A DNA stretch of 64,000 bases from positions 54,405-118,404 of the forward strand of contig JBBPZV010000043.1 in NCBI GenBank assembly GCA_038198775.1, read 5' to 3'. The notes below the pieces were generated by a model. That model was not told the DNA's origin. It worked only from the letters and a program-made list of their open reading frames with translations, and searched no databases. Of the stretch, positions 9,650-19,254 are shown piece after piece. Numbering within the stretch: the stretch's first letter is position 1; every line of letters begins with the position of its first letter. The position numbers were made by a program, and so were the translations under genes. Source of the stretch: Propionibacteriales bacterium (GTDB lineage Bacteria; Actinomycetota; Actinomycetes; Propionibacteriales; Nocardioidaceae).

Positions 9650-9717
9650 CTTCCAATGGCGCAGCGGCACTTCCAACGGGTTGCAACCCGTTGGAAGTGC
9701 CGCTGCGCCATTGGAAG
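9650..9717. repeat. Copy A of the three-box element, made perfectly symmetric by the palindrome (box3'-box2' | box2-box3)
   Basis: CTTCCAATGG(9650-9659) ... CTTCCAACGG(9670-9679) GGTTGCAA CCGTTGGAAG(9688-9697) ... CCATTGGAAG(9708-9717). Confidence 0.9.
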
Positions 9718-9769
9718 CACCGGCCGATCGGAAGCGGCAAGACATCCAACCTCGCACTACCGTGACCGC

Positions 9770-10369
9770 GTGCCCGACGTTGTCGACGCCAAGGCGCAGT
9801 TGCGCCTGTACGTCCAGGCGACCCGTCTCGCCATGTCGCCGAAGGATCGCTGCGCCGTCAGCGAGGCGATCGCCCACCGGGTGCTGGGGCTCCCCGAGCT
9901 GCGCGAGCCGGCGACGGTCGCTGCGTTCTCGTCCCTCGGCACCGAGCCGGGCACCGGGCCGCTGTTGGCGGGCCTCGCAGCGCTCGGTCACCGGGTGCTG
10001 CTGCCCGTGCTGCTTCCCGACCGCGACCTGGACTGGGTGCCGGCCGATGCCCCGGACGAGCGCCTCGGCGTCGGGACGGTCGCCCGGGCCCGCGTCGTCG
10101 TCTGCCCCGGCCTGGCGGGCGACGTGGCCGGCGGCCGGCTGGGTCGAGGCGGCGGCTCGTACGACCGGGCTCTTGCCCGCTGCGGGCGCGCGACGCTGCG
10201 GGTACTGCTCCTCCACGACGGCGAGCTGCTCGAGGCCGTCCCTGCCAGCGCCCACGACCAGCGCGTGCATGTGATTGTGACCCCGACCCGGACGCTTGCC
10301 GTACCCGCTCCAGCGGCCGACGACGTCGCGCCCGACCGGTTGGCTTCCGGGCAGGAACGCCAACCCTAG
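9770..10369 (+). CDS. 5-formyltetrahydrofolate cyclo-ligase
   Basis: GTG at 9770 (VPDVVDAKAQLR...), with GRLGRGGGSYDR and about 199 aa. The ORF-track start at 9647 lies across the artefactual axis. Confidence 0.7.
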   Translation: MPDVVDAKAQLRLYVQATRLAMSPKDRCAVSEAIAHRVLGLPELREPATVAAFSSLGTEPGTGPLLAGLAALGHRVLLPVLLPDRDLDWVPADAPDERLGVGTVARARVVVCPGLAGDVAGGRLGRGGGSYDRALARCGRATLRVLLLHDGELLEAVPASAHDQRVHVIVTPTRTLAVPAPAADDVAPDRLASGQERQP

Positions 10370-10396
10370 AGCGCAAGCACGGCAGCAGGTCGGGGC

Positions 10397-12928
10397 TCAG
10401 GACGGCTGCAACACCAGCCGGTCCTGGGTCGACGCTTCGACGGCGCCCCGGCTGAAGGCCCACGGCCGGGTCTCGCCGTCGACCCACAGCGGCATCTGGT
10501 CGCTGTAGTGGGCGGAGTACGCGTGCCCCGACTCACCTGCGATCATCGCCCAGCGCGAGCTGTCGAGGTCGGCCAGCGACACCACCATCCGCATAGACGG
10601 CACGGCGGTCACGGCGAACCCCTGCGCCGCGTCCCACGCTGTGGCGTCGACGGTGCCGCTCCCGCCACCGAGCTGGTAGGGCCCGCGGTTGAACAGCGAC
10701 TCGACGAGCCCGGTACCGGAGGTCCCGAGGGTCGGGTTGACCAGCTCGAGCCGGTGCAGGTGTCCCCAGCTCCACTGGGTGGGATCCCGGGCCTGCAACC
10801 GCGTCATGTCGTCGCGACCCTCCTCCAGCGCCGCCAGCAGGATGTCGTTCCGCGTCTCCACGACGGCGTCGGTGTTGACGTCGTCCCACCAGGGGCTGGT
10901 CGGGTCGTGCAGCAGCCGGCGCACCACCTCGAACCACCGCTCGTCGCCGTCCGGCCACACCGCCGGCGGCAGCTGGTCGTGGAACGTGCGCGCCAGCAGG
11001 TCCCGCCAGACCACGTTGAAGTACGCCGCGGCGCCCGAGTCCGCCGGCTGAGTGAAGTCCCAGCCGCGCAACACCCGCTGGCCCTGCCGGTAGTAGGTCG
11101 TCGAAACCTCGATCCGTCGCAGGTACGGCACCAGCTCGGCGGCGTTGGCGTTGTAGCTGTCACGCTGCAGGGCCGCCATGTCGGCGACGTCGTGGGTGGC
11201 CTTGGCGTTGAGCAGCTCGATAATCCGCTGACTGCGGTAGCCGTACGAGGTGTCACCTCCGAGCCGGTAGGGGTAGCCGGGTGCGACGACGGCCTGGTTG
11301 GCGGTGACGACGTACCCCGACGCCGGGTCGAGGACCGACGGCAGCGCCGCGAAGGGGACGTAGCCGGTCCAGTCGTAGCGGGGGTTCCAGCCGGGCACCG
11401 GCCAGCGGCCGTCGTAGCCGGATCGGACCGGGATCTGCCCGGGAGCCTGGTAGCCGATGTGACCGTCGACGTCGGCGTAGACGAGGTTCTGAGACGGCAC
11501 GTCGAACGACTTCGCCGCCTGCCGGAACCGCGACCACGACGTCGCCTTGTCGATGCCGAAGACCGCGTCCATGGTGTGGCCGGGGGTGAGTGCCGTCCAC
11601 CGCAGCGCCACCGCGTTGGCCCCGGTGCTGCGGCCCGTCGCCGACGCTCGGCCGGCGGCGGCGAACTCGTCGACGACGTCGGAGAGCAGTGGGCCGTCCC
11701 GGGTGGATCGTACGGTGATGGTTACCGGCTGGTCGCGACCCTCGACCCGGATCGACTCCGGCCGCGTCCTCAGTCGCCGTTGCCGGCCGTCGAACAGGTA
11801 CGTCCCGGCCTGGTCGTCGACGCGCTCGAGGTAGAGGTCGCTGACGTCTGCGTACATCGTGGTCAAGCCCCACGCGATGCGCTGGTTGTGGCCGATGACG
11901 ACCCCGGGCATGCCGGCGAACGTGAACCCGGACACGTCGAAGGGGCAGCCGGCGCCGACGTGACGACAGTGCAGCCCCATCTGGTACCACACGGCGGGCA
12001 TCGAGGGGGCCAGGTGGGGGTCGTTGGCGAGGATCGGGCCGCCGGTCGCCGAGCGCCGCCCGGACACCGCCCACGAGTTCGACCCGAGCCCGCCCCCGGT
12101 GCCCAGCAGTGCGGGCACCGCGTCGAGCAGGCCGGGGATGGCTGACATCACACGGCCCGCCCGCAGCGGCAGCCGTGCCGCCGACCGGTGCAGCCGGCGG
12201 ACCTGGGCGGAACGTAACCCGGCCTGTCCGACCTGTCCCGCGGTCACGATCGGGTAGTGCCGGGTGTACGGGTAGCGCGGGTATAGCTGCTCGACCTGGG
12301 TCGGCGACAGCGTCTGATTCGCGAGGGCCCGGTCGATCTCGTCGGAGACGTTGCTGCGCAGGTCCCACGCCATCGCCTTGAGCCAGGCCACGGAGTCCGC
12401 CGGCGACCACCCCTCTGGCGCGTAGTCGGGCCCGGTCAGCGACAGCACTGCGTACTCGAACGAGAGGTCCGGACCCGACTTGCCCCGCAGATAGGCGTTG
12501 ACGCCGTCCGAGTACGCCTGCAGGTAGCGGCGCGTCATGGGGTCGAGGATGGCCAGCTCTCGCTCGGCGACCCGGCGCCACCCCAGGGTGCGCACCACCA
12601 TGTCGGTCTGGAGCGCGCTCGGGCCGAACAGCTCGCTCAGGCGACCCGAGGTGACGTGCCGGCGGAAGTCCATCTCGAAGAAGCGATCCTGAGCGCTGAC
12701 GTACCCCTGCGCGAAGAACAGGTCGTGTGCGGTGTCGGCGTAGACCTGCGGGACGCCGGCTCGGTCGCGCAGCACCTCCACCGGCTGCTGCAGACCAGGG
12801 ACCGAGAGCTCCCCCGACGTCAGCGGGTACGACTGGCGCACCGAGGCGACCACGTAGCCCACGGCCGCGGCCAATGCGAGCGCCACGACCGCCAGGACGG
12901 CCGCGGCGACTCTCCAGGACCGGCGCAT
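10397..12928 (-). CDS. Penicillin acylase family Ntn-hydrolase
   Basis: As for 6439..8970 (identical sequence). Confidence 0.85.
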   Translation of the reverse strand: MRRSWRVAAAVLAVVALALAAAVGYVVASVRQSYPLTSGELSVPGLQQPVEVLRDRAGVPQVYADTAHDLFFAQGYVSAQDRFFEMDFRRHVTSGRLSELFGPSALQTDMVVRTLGWRRVAERELAILDPMTRRYLQAYSDGVNAYLRGKSGPDLSFEYAVLSLTGPDYAPEGWSPADSVAWLKAMAWDLRSNVSDEIDRALANQTLSPTQVEQLYPRYPYTRHYPIVTAGQVGQAGLRSAQVRRLHRSAARLPLRAGRVMSAIPGLLDAVPALLGTGGGLGSNSWAVSGRRSATGGPILANDPHLAPSMPAVWYQMGLHCRHVGAGCPFDVSGFTFAGMPGVVIGHNQRIAWGLTTMYADVSDLYLERVDDQAGTYLFDGRQRRLRTRPESIRVEGRDQPVTITVRSTRDGPLLSDVVDEFAAAGRASATGRSTGANAVALRWTALTPGHTMDAVFGIDKATSWSRFRQAAKSFDVPSQNLVYADVDGHIGYQAPGQIPVRSGYDGRWPVPGWNPRYDWTGYVPFAALPSVLDPASGYVVTANQAVVAPGYPYRLGGDTSYGYRSQRIIELLNAKATHDVADMAALQRDSYNANAAELVPYLRRIEVSTTYYRQGQRVLRGWDFTQPADSGAAAYFNVVWRDLLARTFHDQLPPAVWPDGDERWFEVVRRLLHDPTSPWWDDVNTDAVVETRNDILLAALEEGRDDMTRLQARDPTQWSWGHLHRLELVNPTLGTSGTGLVESLFNRGPYQLGGGSGTVDATAWDAAQGFAVTAVPSMRMVVSLADLDSSRWAMIAGESGHAYSAHYSDQMPLWVDGETRPWAFSRGAVEASTQDRLVLQPS

Positions 12929-13050
12929 CCCGCTATTCTCCCTGCGTAGCCTCCGTGCGGGAGAGCGGTCCCGGCGGCGCGGCGCTACTATCGACCATGT
13001 AGTACCCGGCTGGAGACCACCGGCTGGACGGCGGCCCCGAGGGAGAGCCC

Positions 13051-14127
13051 GTGAGATCGTCGCTGGTCGAGGGCGAACCCCGCGCCGCCACCCGACGGGT
13101 CCGTCGGGTGGTCGGCGCCGTTGCCGGCGCGGCCCTGGCAGCCGCCCTGCTGGTCACCGTACTCCCGCGGGTGACCTCGGTGCCGTGGAGTGCCGTCCTG
13201 AGTCCGCTGGCCGCGCTGACCCCCGGTCGCCTGGCACTGCTGGCCACCGTCTGGCTGGCCGGGTTGTGCGTGCACACCATCGTCTTGACGGCGGCGCAGC
13301 CGAGGTTGACGCACCGGCGGGCACTGACGCTGAACCTCACCGGCAGCGCCGTGGCCGGACTCGTACCCCTCGGCGGCGCCGCGGGCGTCGGACTGAACTA
13401 CCTGATGGCGCGGGTCTGGGGGTTCAGCGCCCAGTCGTTCGCCGTGTACACGGCGATCACGAACCTGTGCGACATCGCCGCCAAGTTCGCCCTCGCCATC
13501 GCCGGGCTGCTCCTCGTGCTGCTGGCCGGCAACCTGGCGGCGCACCTGATGGTCGCGGCCGCAGCGGCAATGGTGGCGGTCGGCCTTCTCGTACTGCTGG
13601 CCGCGGTGGTGCTGGTGCACGCCGACGCCGCCGCTCGGCTCGGGTCGTTCGCCGACCGGGTCAGGTGCCAGCTTCCGGGTGGCTCGGGGGTGCCGGAGCA
13701 CCGATTCCAGGCGGCGCTGGCGGAATTCCGTACGGTCGCCGTCGGCCGGATCAAAACGGCCTGGCCGGCGCTTTCGTTCGGCATGATCGGCTACTGCCTG
13801 CTCCAGCTCGAGCTGCTCTGGCTGACCTTCCATGTGCTCGGTGTCGACCTCGGGCTGGTTCCTCTGGTCGCCGCGTACGCCCTCGAGCGCGTGCTAACGC
13901 TGGCGTTCGTCACCCCCGGAGGCACGGGTTTTGCCGAGATCGGCATGACCTCGCTGCTCATCGCCCTGCACGGCGACCCGGTGCTCAGCACCGCAGGGGT
14001 GCTGCTCTATCGCGCCTTCACCTTCGGCCTGGAGATTCCGGTCGGCTCCGCCGTGCTGCTCGGTTGGGCCTGGAGCCACCGCCATGCGCTGATCGCTCGA
14101 CGTTGGGCCACGGCGGAAGGCGCTTGA
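13051..14127 (+). CDS. UPF0104 / lysylphosphatidylglycerol-synthase TM-region family membrane protein
   Basis: As for 5240..6316 (identical sequence). Confidence 0.55.
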   Translation: MRSSLVEGEPRAATRRVRRVVGAVAGAALAAALLVTVLPRVTSVPWSAVLSPLAALTPGRLALLATVWLAGLCVHTIVLTAAQPRLTHRRALTLNLTGSAVAGLVPLGGAAGVGLNYLMARVWGFSAQSFAVYTAITNLCDIAAKFALAIAGLLLVLLAGNLAAHLMVAAAAAMVAVGLLVLLAAVVLVHADAAARLGSFADRVRCQLPGGSGVPEHRFQAALAEFRTVAVGRIKTAWPALSFGMIGYCLLQLELLWLTFHVLGVDLGLVPLVAAYALERVLTLAFVTPGGTGFAEIGMTSLLIALHGDPVLSTAGVLLYRAFTFGLEIPVGSAVLLGWAWSHRHALIARRWATAEGA

Positions 14128-15311
14128 TGCGCATCGCCCATGTCAGCGACTGCTACCTGCCCCGGGTGGGCGGCATCGAGATGCACGTCCGCGACCTCGC
14201 CTGCCGGCAGCTGGCGGCCGGCCACGAGGTCGAGGTGATCACGGCCACCCCACCGATACCAGGGAAGGCGCCCGTCGGCATCGGCCTGCCGGCGGTGCGC
14301 AGGCTGTGCCCCGATGTCGCCTCGCCGACGCTGCGGACGCTGCGTGCCGCTGCCGGAGTCGCGGCGGCGGTGAACGCAGGCGGCTACGACGTCGTCCACG
14401 TCCATGCCTCGATCGCCTCACCGGTGGCAGTTGCCGCCGCGCACGCGGCCGGGCGCAACGAGATCCCCGTGGTCGTGACGATGCACTCGGTGATCACCGG
14501 GTACGGGGCGCTCGTCGGCTCCATCGCGAGCCTGATCCGGATCGGATCGCTGCCGATCATCTGGTCGGCGGTGAGCGAGACCGCAGCGCAGCCGTTGGCG
14601 CGGATGCTGGGGGGGCGTCGCGAGGTGGCGGTGCTGCCCAACGCGATCGACCTGAGCCAGTGGCAGCTGCCGGCAGCCGTCCCTGAGCCGGGGGATCCGG
14701 TGGTGATCGCCAGCGTGATGCGGCTGGCGGGTCGCAAAAGGCCGCTGCCGCTGGTCCGCATGCTCGCCCGAGTGCGCGCCGCGGTGCCCGGCGACGTCGC
14801 AATGGAGGCGGTCATCGTAGGCGACGGCCCACAGCACGCCAAGGTTGCGGCCTACCTGCGTCGCCACGACATGGCCGGCTGGGTGCGGCTGACCGGTGTG
14901 CTGCCGCGCGCCGACATCGCGGCACTGTTCTCCCGCACGGGTGTCTACGTTGCTCCGGCCTCGCTGGAGTCGTTCGGAATAGCGGCCCTGGAGGCAAGGA
15001 GCGCGGGAGTCCCGGTGCTGGCGAGCACCCGTGGCGGGGTCGCGGAGATCATCGCCCACGGGGAGGAGGGCCTGCTGGCCGGCTCCGACGACGACATGGT
15101 CGACCAGCTGACCAGGCTGGTGCGCGACCGGGAGCTGCGCTGTTCGCTCGCTGCGCACAACCGGCGGATCCCCACCCGCTACACCTGGGAGGAGACCTGG
15201 CAGCGGACGGAGGAGCTGTACCACCAGGCGCTGGGTGTGGTCGGCCACTCGGTCGACGCGGTCACGGCCGAGGAGGAGCCGGAAGAGGACGTCCTGCCCA
15301 CCTCGGCATGA
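14127..15311 (+). CDS. Glycosyltransferase family 4
   Basis: As for 4056..5240. The 314-codon N-terminal extension in the ORF track (13185..) overlaps the upstream gene and was rejected. Confidence 0.8.
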   Translation: MRIAHVSDCYLPRVGGIEMHVRDLACRQLAAGHEVEVITATPPIPGKAPVGIGLPAVRRLCPDVASPTLRTLRAAAGVAAAVNAGGYDVVHVHASIASPVAVAAAHAAGRNEIPVVVTMHSVITGYGALVGSIASLIRIGSLPIIWSAVSETAAQPLARMLGGRREVAVLPNAIDLSQWQLPAAVPEPGDPVVIASVMRLAGRKRPLPLVRMLARVRAAVPGDVAMEAVIVGDGPQHAKVAAYLRRHDMAGWVRLTGVLPRADIAALFSRTGVYVAPASLESFGIAALEARSAGVPVLASTRGGVAEIIAHGEEGLLAGSDDDMVDQLTRLVRDRELRCSLAAHNRRIPTRYTWEETWQRTEELYHQALGVVGHSVDAVTAEEEPEEDVLPTSA

Positions 15312-16417
15312 GCGCCGGGTGCTCCCCCCGCCGGACCGTGGTGTCGTTTCACGCCCACCCCGACGACGAAGCCTTGCTCACCGCCGGCACGCTGGCGAAG
15401 GCGGCCGCCGAGGGGCACCGCGTCGTCCTCGTGGTCGCGACCGCCGGCGAGGCAGGCCTGGCAGCCACCGGAGCCGCCGCCGGGGACCTCGGCCGGCACC
15501 GCGGCGTCGAGCTCCAGCGCTCGGCGGCAGCCATCGGCTGCGCCCGGGTGGACGTCTGGGGCTACGCCGACTCGGGCTGGTCCGTGGACCCGGGCACAGC
15601 GCCCGCCGCCGACGGCTTCGCCGGCGCCGACGTCGAGGAGGTGGCGGAGCGACTCGCCGCGATCCTGCGAGAGGAGAACGCGGACGTGCTCACCTGCTAC
15701 GACCCGGCCGGAGGTTATGGGCATCCCGACCATGTCATGGTGCACCGGGCCGGCATCCTCGCCGCTGCGCGCGCCCGGACGCCGGTCGTGCTTGCCGCCA
15801 CCGTGGATCGGCGCCCCCTGCAGGCAGCGGCCCGGCTGCTGCGCATCGGGTTGCCGCCGGGTCGACGGCTCGACATCCCAGACCTGTCCTCGGCGTACAC
15901 CGCGCACCAGAGGCTGACGCACTGCATCGACGTCAGCGAGTACCTGTCGAACAAGCGCGCGGCGATGGCGGCGCATGCCAGCCAGGCCAGCGCCGACGTC
16001 GGTATGCGTACGCTCGGGCTGCTGCTGAGGTTGCCAGGGCCGGTCTATCGGCAGGTGATGCGACGCGAGTGGTTCGTCGAGCAGGGCCGCCCGCCAAGTC
16101 GGCCGCTGGCCGGTGACATCTTCGCCACCTTCGAGGCGCTGGACCCATCAGGGACCCGGCCGACTACCGGGACGGCCAGTTTGCCCGGCGCGCCGTCGGC
16201 GGCGAGCGACGATCACCACGACCACGACCACCGCCACAAGCACCAGGGCGCCGATCTGGCCGAGAGCGGCGTGGACCCGCCCGTAGGAGGCCGCCGCGAA
16301 GTAGCCGAGCAGCGCGATCGCCACCGCCCAGACCGCCCCGCCAACGGCGTTGAAGAACAAGAACCGTGGGTACGGCATCCGGCTGGCACCAGCGAGACCG
16401 GGCATGACCGCTCGTAG
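15308..16417 (+). CDS. PIG-L/LmbE family deacetylase (C-terminal ~90 codons doubtful)
   Basis: As for 2950..4059. ATGA-type 4-nt overlap with the GT4 stop. Confidence 0.7.
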   Translation: MSAGCSPRRTVVSFHAHPDDEALLTAGTLAKAAAEGHRVVLVVATAGEAGLAATGAAAGDLGRHRGVELQRSAAAIGCARVDVWGYADSGWSVDPGTAPAADGFAGADVEEVAERLAAILREENADVLTCYDPAGGYGHPDHVMVHRAGILAAARARTPVVLAATVDRRPLQAAARLLRIGLPPGRRLDIPDLSSAYTAHQRLTHCIDVSEYLSNKRAAMAAHASQASADVGMRTLGLLLRLPGPVYRQVMRREWFVEQGRPPSRPLAGDIFATFEALDPSGTRPTTGTASLPGAPSAASDDHHDHDHRHKHQGADLAESGVDPPVGGRREVAEQRDRHRPDRPANGVEEQEPWVRHPAGTSETGHDRS

Positions 16418-16807
16418 GAACGCGGTCCACCGGCCGAGCATCACCGCCCATCCGCCGCGGGTGCGCAGGTACGTGCGGGCCTCCCCGAGTCTGGCCTCGT
16501 GGCGGCGCAACGGTCGCCAGGCCAGCACGCGGGGTCCGAACCGCCGGCCCACCTCGTATCCCACGGAGTCCCCGACGATCGCCGCCACGACCACCAGCAC
16601 CAGCAGCGTCGACAGCGTGAGCCGGCCGCCGGCGGCGAGCACCCCGCCCAGCAGCACCGCCGTCTCCCCTGGGAGCACGAACCCCAAGAAGATCGCCGCC
16701 TCACCGAAGACGAGCGCGGCGATGACGAGGTAGACGACCGGGTCCGGCAGGCCGGCGATGTGGTCGACGATCCCGGTCACAGCGCCATTGTGGACCGTGC
16801 CCAGCAT
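16148..16807 (-). CDS. DedA family membrane protein
   Basis: As for 2560..3219. Confidence 0.8.
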   Translation of the reverse strand: MLGTVHNGAVTGIVDHIAGLPDPVVYLVIAALVFGEAAIFLGFVLPGETAVLLGGVLAAGGRLTLSTLLVLVVVAAIVGDSVGYEVGRRFGPRVLAWRPLRRHEARLGEARTYLRTRGGWAVMLGRWTAFLRAVMPGLAGASRMPYPRFLFFNAVGGAVWAVAIALLGYFAAASYGRVHAALGQIGALVLVAVVVVVVIVARRRRRAGQTGRPGSRPGP

Positions 16808-16967
16808 CCGAATGCTGCGTCTCGGTGGTGGCGGCGGTGCCGACAACGCCAGCCTTGCCGCACTGCCGCGGCGAGGCCGTCCGAGATCTGGGCGATGGGC
16901 GGGCCTGGCCTTGACCGCTCGGGCACAATTGGCAGTCGAAGTGACGCAGTGCCAGCGAGGAGAGACG

Positions 16968-17297
16968 TTGCCCACCTACCAGTACGCCTGCACATCCTGC
17001 GGTCACTCCCTGGAGGCCCGCCAGGCGTTCCGCGACGACCCGCTGACGACGTGCCCCGAATGTGCGGGTCGGCTTCGCAAGGTGTTCGGTGCGGTCGGAG
17101 TGGTCTTCAAGGGCTCCGGCTTCTATCGCACCGACAGCCGGGCCGCTGCGTCGGCAGCGGCCGAGAACGGCACCGGCTCGCAGGAGCCGGCCAAGACCGG
17201 GAACGAGACCGGCGGCGGCAAGGACGGGAAGCCGAAGCAATCCGGCGCGGCCGCGACAAAGGCTGCCTCCTCCCCTGCCAAGGACTCGGCCGACTGA
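16968..17297 (+). CDS. FmdB family zinc-ribbon protein
   Basis: As for 2070..2399. Confidence 0.8.
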   Translation: MPTYQYACTSCGHSLEARQAFRDDPLTTCPECAGRLRKVFGAVGVVFKGSGFYRTDSRAAASAAAENGTGSQEPAKTGNETGGGKDGKPKQSGAAATKAASSPAKDSAD

Positions 17298-17345
17298 GCC
17301 TGTGGACAGCGGGCCGAGAGGGCCTGTCGGCGCTAGCGTCGCGGT

Positions 17346-17978
17346 GTGATCCCCAGCAGATTCCGGACGTTCGGAACCGGGGTTCGGCGCGCAGTGGTGG
17401 TGCGGCGGCGACCGCTGGCAGCGATCTGCGCCGCGCTGGCCGTCGTCACCGCCATCTCGGCGGCCCGGCCCCCGCCACCGGCGACGACGCCCGTGCTGGT
17501 GGCTGCGCGGGACCTGCAAGCAGGTGCGGTCCTGCGGGCAGCAGACGTGGAGCGGGTGGCCTGGCCGGCCGGCGGCGTCCCCGCTGGCACCCTCACCGGA
17601 TTCCAGTCCACGCTCGGCTCGGTCGTGGCCGCTCCGATGCGGTCCGGTGAGCCGCTGACAGACGTCCGACTGCTGCGGCCGGACCTGCTCGCCGGTTATC
17701 CGGAGGGCTCGGTTCTCACCACGATCCGGGTGGCGGACCCCGCAGCGGAGAGCCTCGTCCACGTCGGGGACGTCGTCGACGTGGTCGGTGCAGACCCGCA
17801 GGCCCGCGGCACGGCCCACGTGGTGGCCAGCGGCGTCCGAGTCGTGGCCATGCCGCCAGCCGCCACCGCGACCGCGGGAAGCGAGGGCACCGCGGTCGTG
17901 GTCGCCGTCGACGAGCCGACAGCACTCGAGCTCGCAGACGCGGCCGTACGCGAGCAGCTCAGCCTGCTGTTGACCTGA
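17346..17978 (+). CDS. SAF domain protein (CpaB/RcpC-like)
   Basis: As for 1389..2021. Confidence 0.6.
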   Translation: MIPSRFRTFGTGVRRAVVVRRRPLAAICAALAVVTAISAARPPPPATTPVLVAARDLQAGAVLRAADVERVAWPAGGVPAGTLTGFQSTLGSVVAAPMRSGEPLTDVRLLRPDLLAGYPEGSVLTTIRVADPAAESLVHVGDVVDVVGADPQARGTAHVVASGVRVVAMPPAATATAGSEGTAVVVAVDEPTALELADAAVREQLSLLLT

Positions 17979-18022
17979 ACCGCTCACTGGCAAGATGAGT
18001 CCCGGCGGTCAGGAGGCGCTCA

Positions 18023-18406
18023 ATGCTCAAGGGATTTCGGGACTTCATCGTGCGCGGCAACCTCATCGAGCTGGCGGTCGCGTTCGTGGTCGGGGCCGCG
18101 TTCGCCACCGTCGTTTCGTCCTTCGTCACCAACCTGATGATGCCGCTCATCGGCAGTATCGGAGGCCGTCCGGACTTCGGCGCCGTCACGGTCGACGGCA
18201 TCCCGCTCGGCGCCTTCATCAACGACCTCGTGGCCTTTTTCGTCATCGCCGCGGCGGTCTATTTCCTCGTCGTCGTTCCGTACAACAAGCTCATGGAACG
18301 CTTCAAGAAGCCCGGCGAGGTGACCGCCGAGGCGGCTTCGGAGGAGATCGTGCTGCTGCGCGAAATCCGGGACCACCTGGCGCGCCGGCAGGCATCCGAC
18401 GCCTGA
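18023..18406 (+). CDS. mscL: Large-conductance mechanosensitive channel
   Basis: As for 961..1344. Confidence 0.9.
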   Translation: MLKGFRDFIVRGNLIELAVAFVVGAAFATVVSSFVTNLMMPLIGSIGGRPDFGAVTVDGIPLGAFINDLVAFFVIAAAVYFLVVVPYNKLMERFKKPGEVTAEAASEEIVLLREIRDHLARRQASDA

Positions 18407-18409
18407 GCG

Positions 18410-18511
18410 TCAACCGTGATGCGGCGGCACCTCGCGCAGCAGCTCCTCGTCCCGGTCGTCCTCCGGGTCACCCCAGGCCGCCGCGGTCTCATCCCCCGCC
18501 ACCAGCGGCAT
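18410..18511 (-). CDS. Small acidic hypothetical protein, 33 aa
   Basis: Mirror of 856..957. Confidence 0.2.
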   Translation of the reverse strand: MPLVAGDETAAAWGDPEDDRDEELLREVPPHHG

Positions 18512-18580
18512 CAGCCGGTCCCTGGAGTCTGGTTCAGCTGAGCTTGCGTCGGCCACGAGCCGACACTACCTTGCTGTCAC

Positions 18581-18601
18581 GGTACAGAACGGTTTCGTAC
18601 C
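18581..18601. promoter_or_regulatory. Imperfect palindrome GGTACAGAACGGTTTCGTACC, candidate TetR operator
   Basis: Lies immediately upstream of the RBS and ATG (18618) of tetR. The tetR-MFS genes are co-oriented with a 22-nt gap. Confidence 0.3.
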
Positions 18602-18617
18602 AACTGGAGGACCCCCC

Positions 18618-19232
18618 ATGCCGGCCACTCCGACCGGGCCGCGCCGCCCGCGTGTCACCGGCGACCGCGAGACCGAGCTGCTCAACGCCACACTGAGGGC
18701 CCTGGCCGAGGTCGGCTACGACCGTCTCACCATGGACCAGGTCGCCGCCGAAGCCAGGGCGAGCAAGGCGACGCTGTACCGCCGCTGGTCGAGCAAGGCC
18801 GACCTGGTCGTCGATGCGGTCTCCCGCGCCAAGGGCATGCCTGACGCCGCCTCGCCCAACACCGGCACGTTGCGCGGTGACCTGCTGGCGACGGCGTGCG
18901 GCAAGCACGGCTGGGCGGCCGAGCTGCCGATGTCGGTACTCGGTGCTGTGATGACGGCGTTGCACACCGACGACGAGCTCTCGCACGCCTTCCGACAGCG
19001 GTTCTTGCTGCCACGGATGGCGATCACCCGCGAGCTGTTCGCCCGCGCCCAGGCCAGGGGCGAGATATCCGAAGACGCCGACCTCGACCTGGTCGCTACC
19101 GTCCTGCCGGCCCTGTGCAGCTACCACGAGTTCGTACTCGGTGGCGAGATCGACGACGACTTCGTCCGCCGCGCCATCGAGCACGTCGTCGTGCCCGCGG
19201 CATGCCACACCGCCGAGAACGAAGCTCCCTGA
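18618..19232 (+). CDS. TetR/AcrR family transcriptional regulator
   Basis: As for 135..749. Confidence 0.85.
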   Translation: MPATPTGPRRPRVTGDRETELLNATLRALAEVGYDRLTMDQVAAEARASKATLYRRWSSKADLVVDAVSRAKGMPDAASPNTGTLRGDLLATACGKHGWAAELPMSVLGAVMTALHTDDELSHAFRQRFLLPRMAITRELFARAQARGEISEDADLDLVATVLPALCSYHEFVLGGEIDDDFVRRAIEHVVVPAACHTAENEAP

Positions 19233-19254
19233 ACGACCGAAAGGAACGCCCCGC

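Noticed and set aside
9684-9719. A conserved micro-peptide encoded by the three-box element. The frames read P(L/F)E(V/A)x(L/P)(S/R)HWK in all three copies.
   Set aside because: No start codon or RBS is positioned for such a peptide, and the frames belong to long shadow ORFs. The apparent amino-acid conservation is fully explained by the conserved 12-nt nucleotide boxes, with non-conserved 8-nt spacers.
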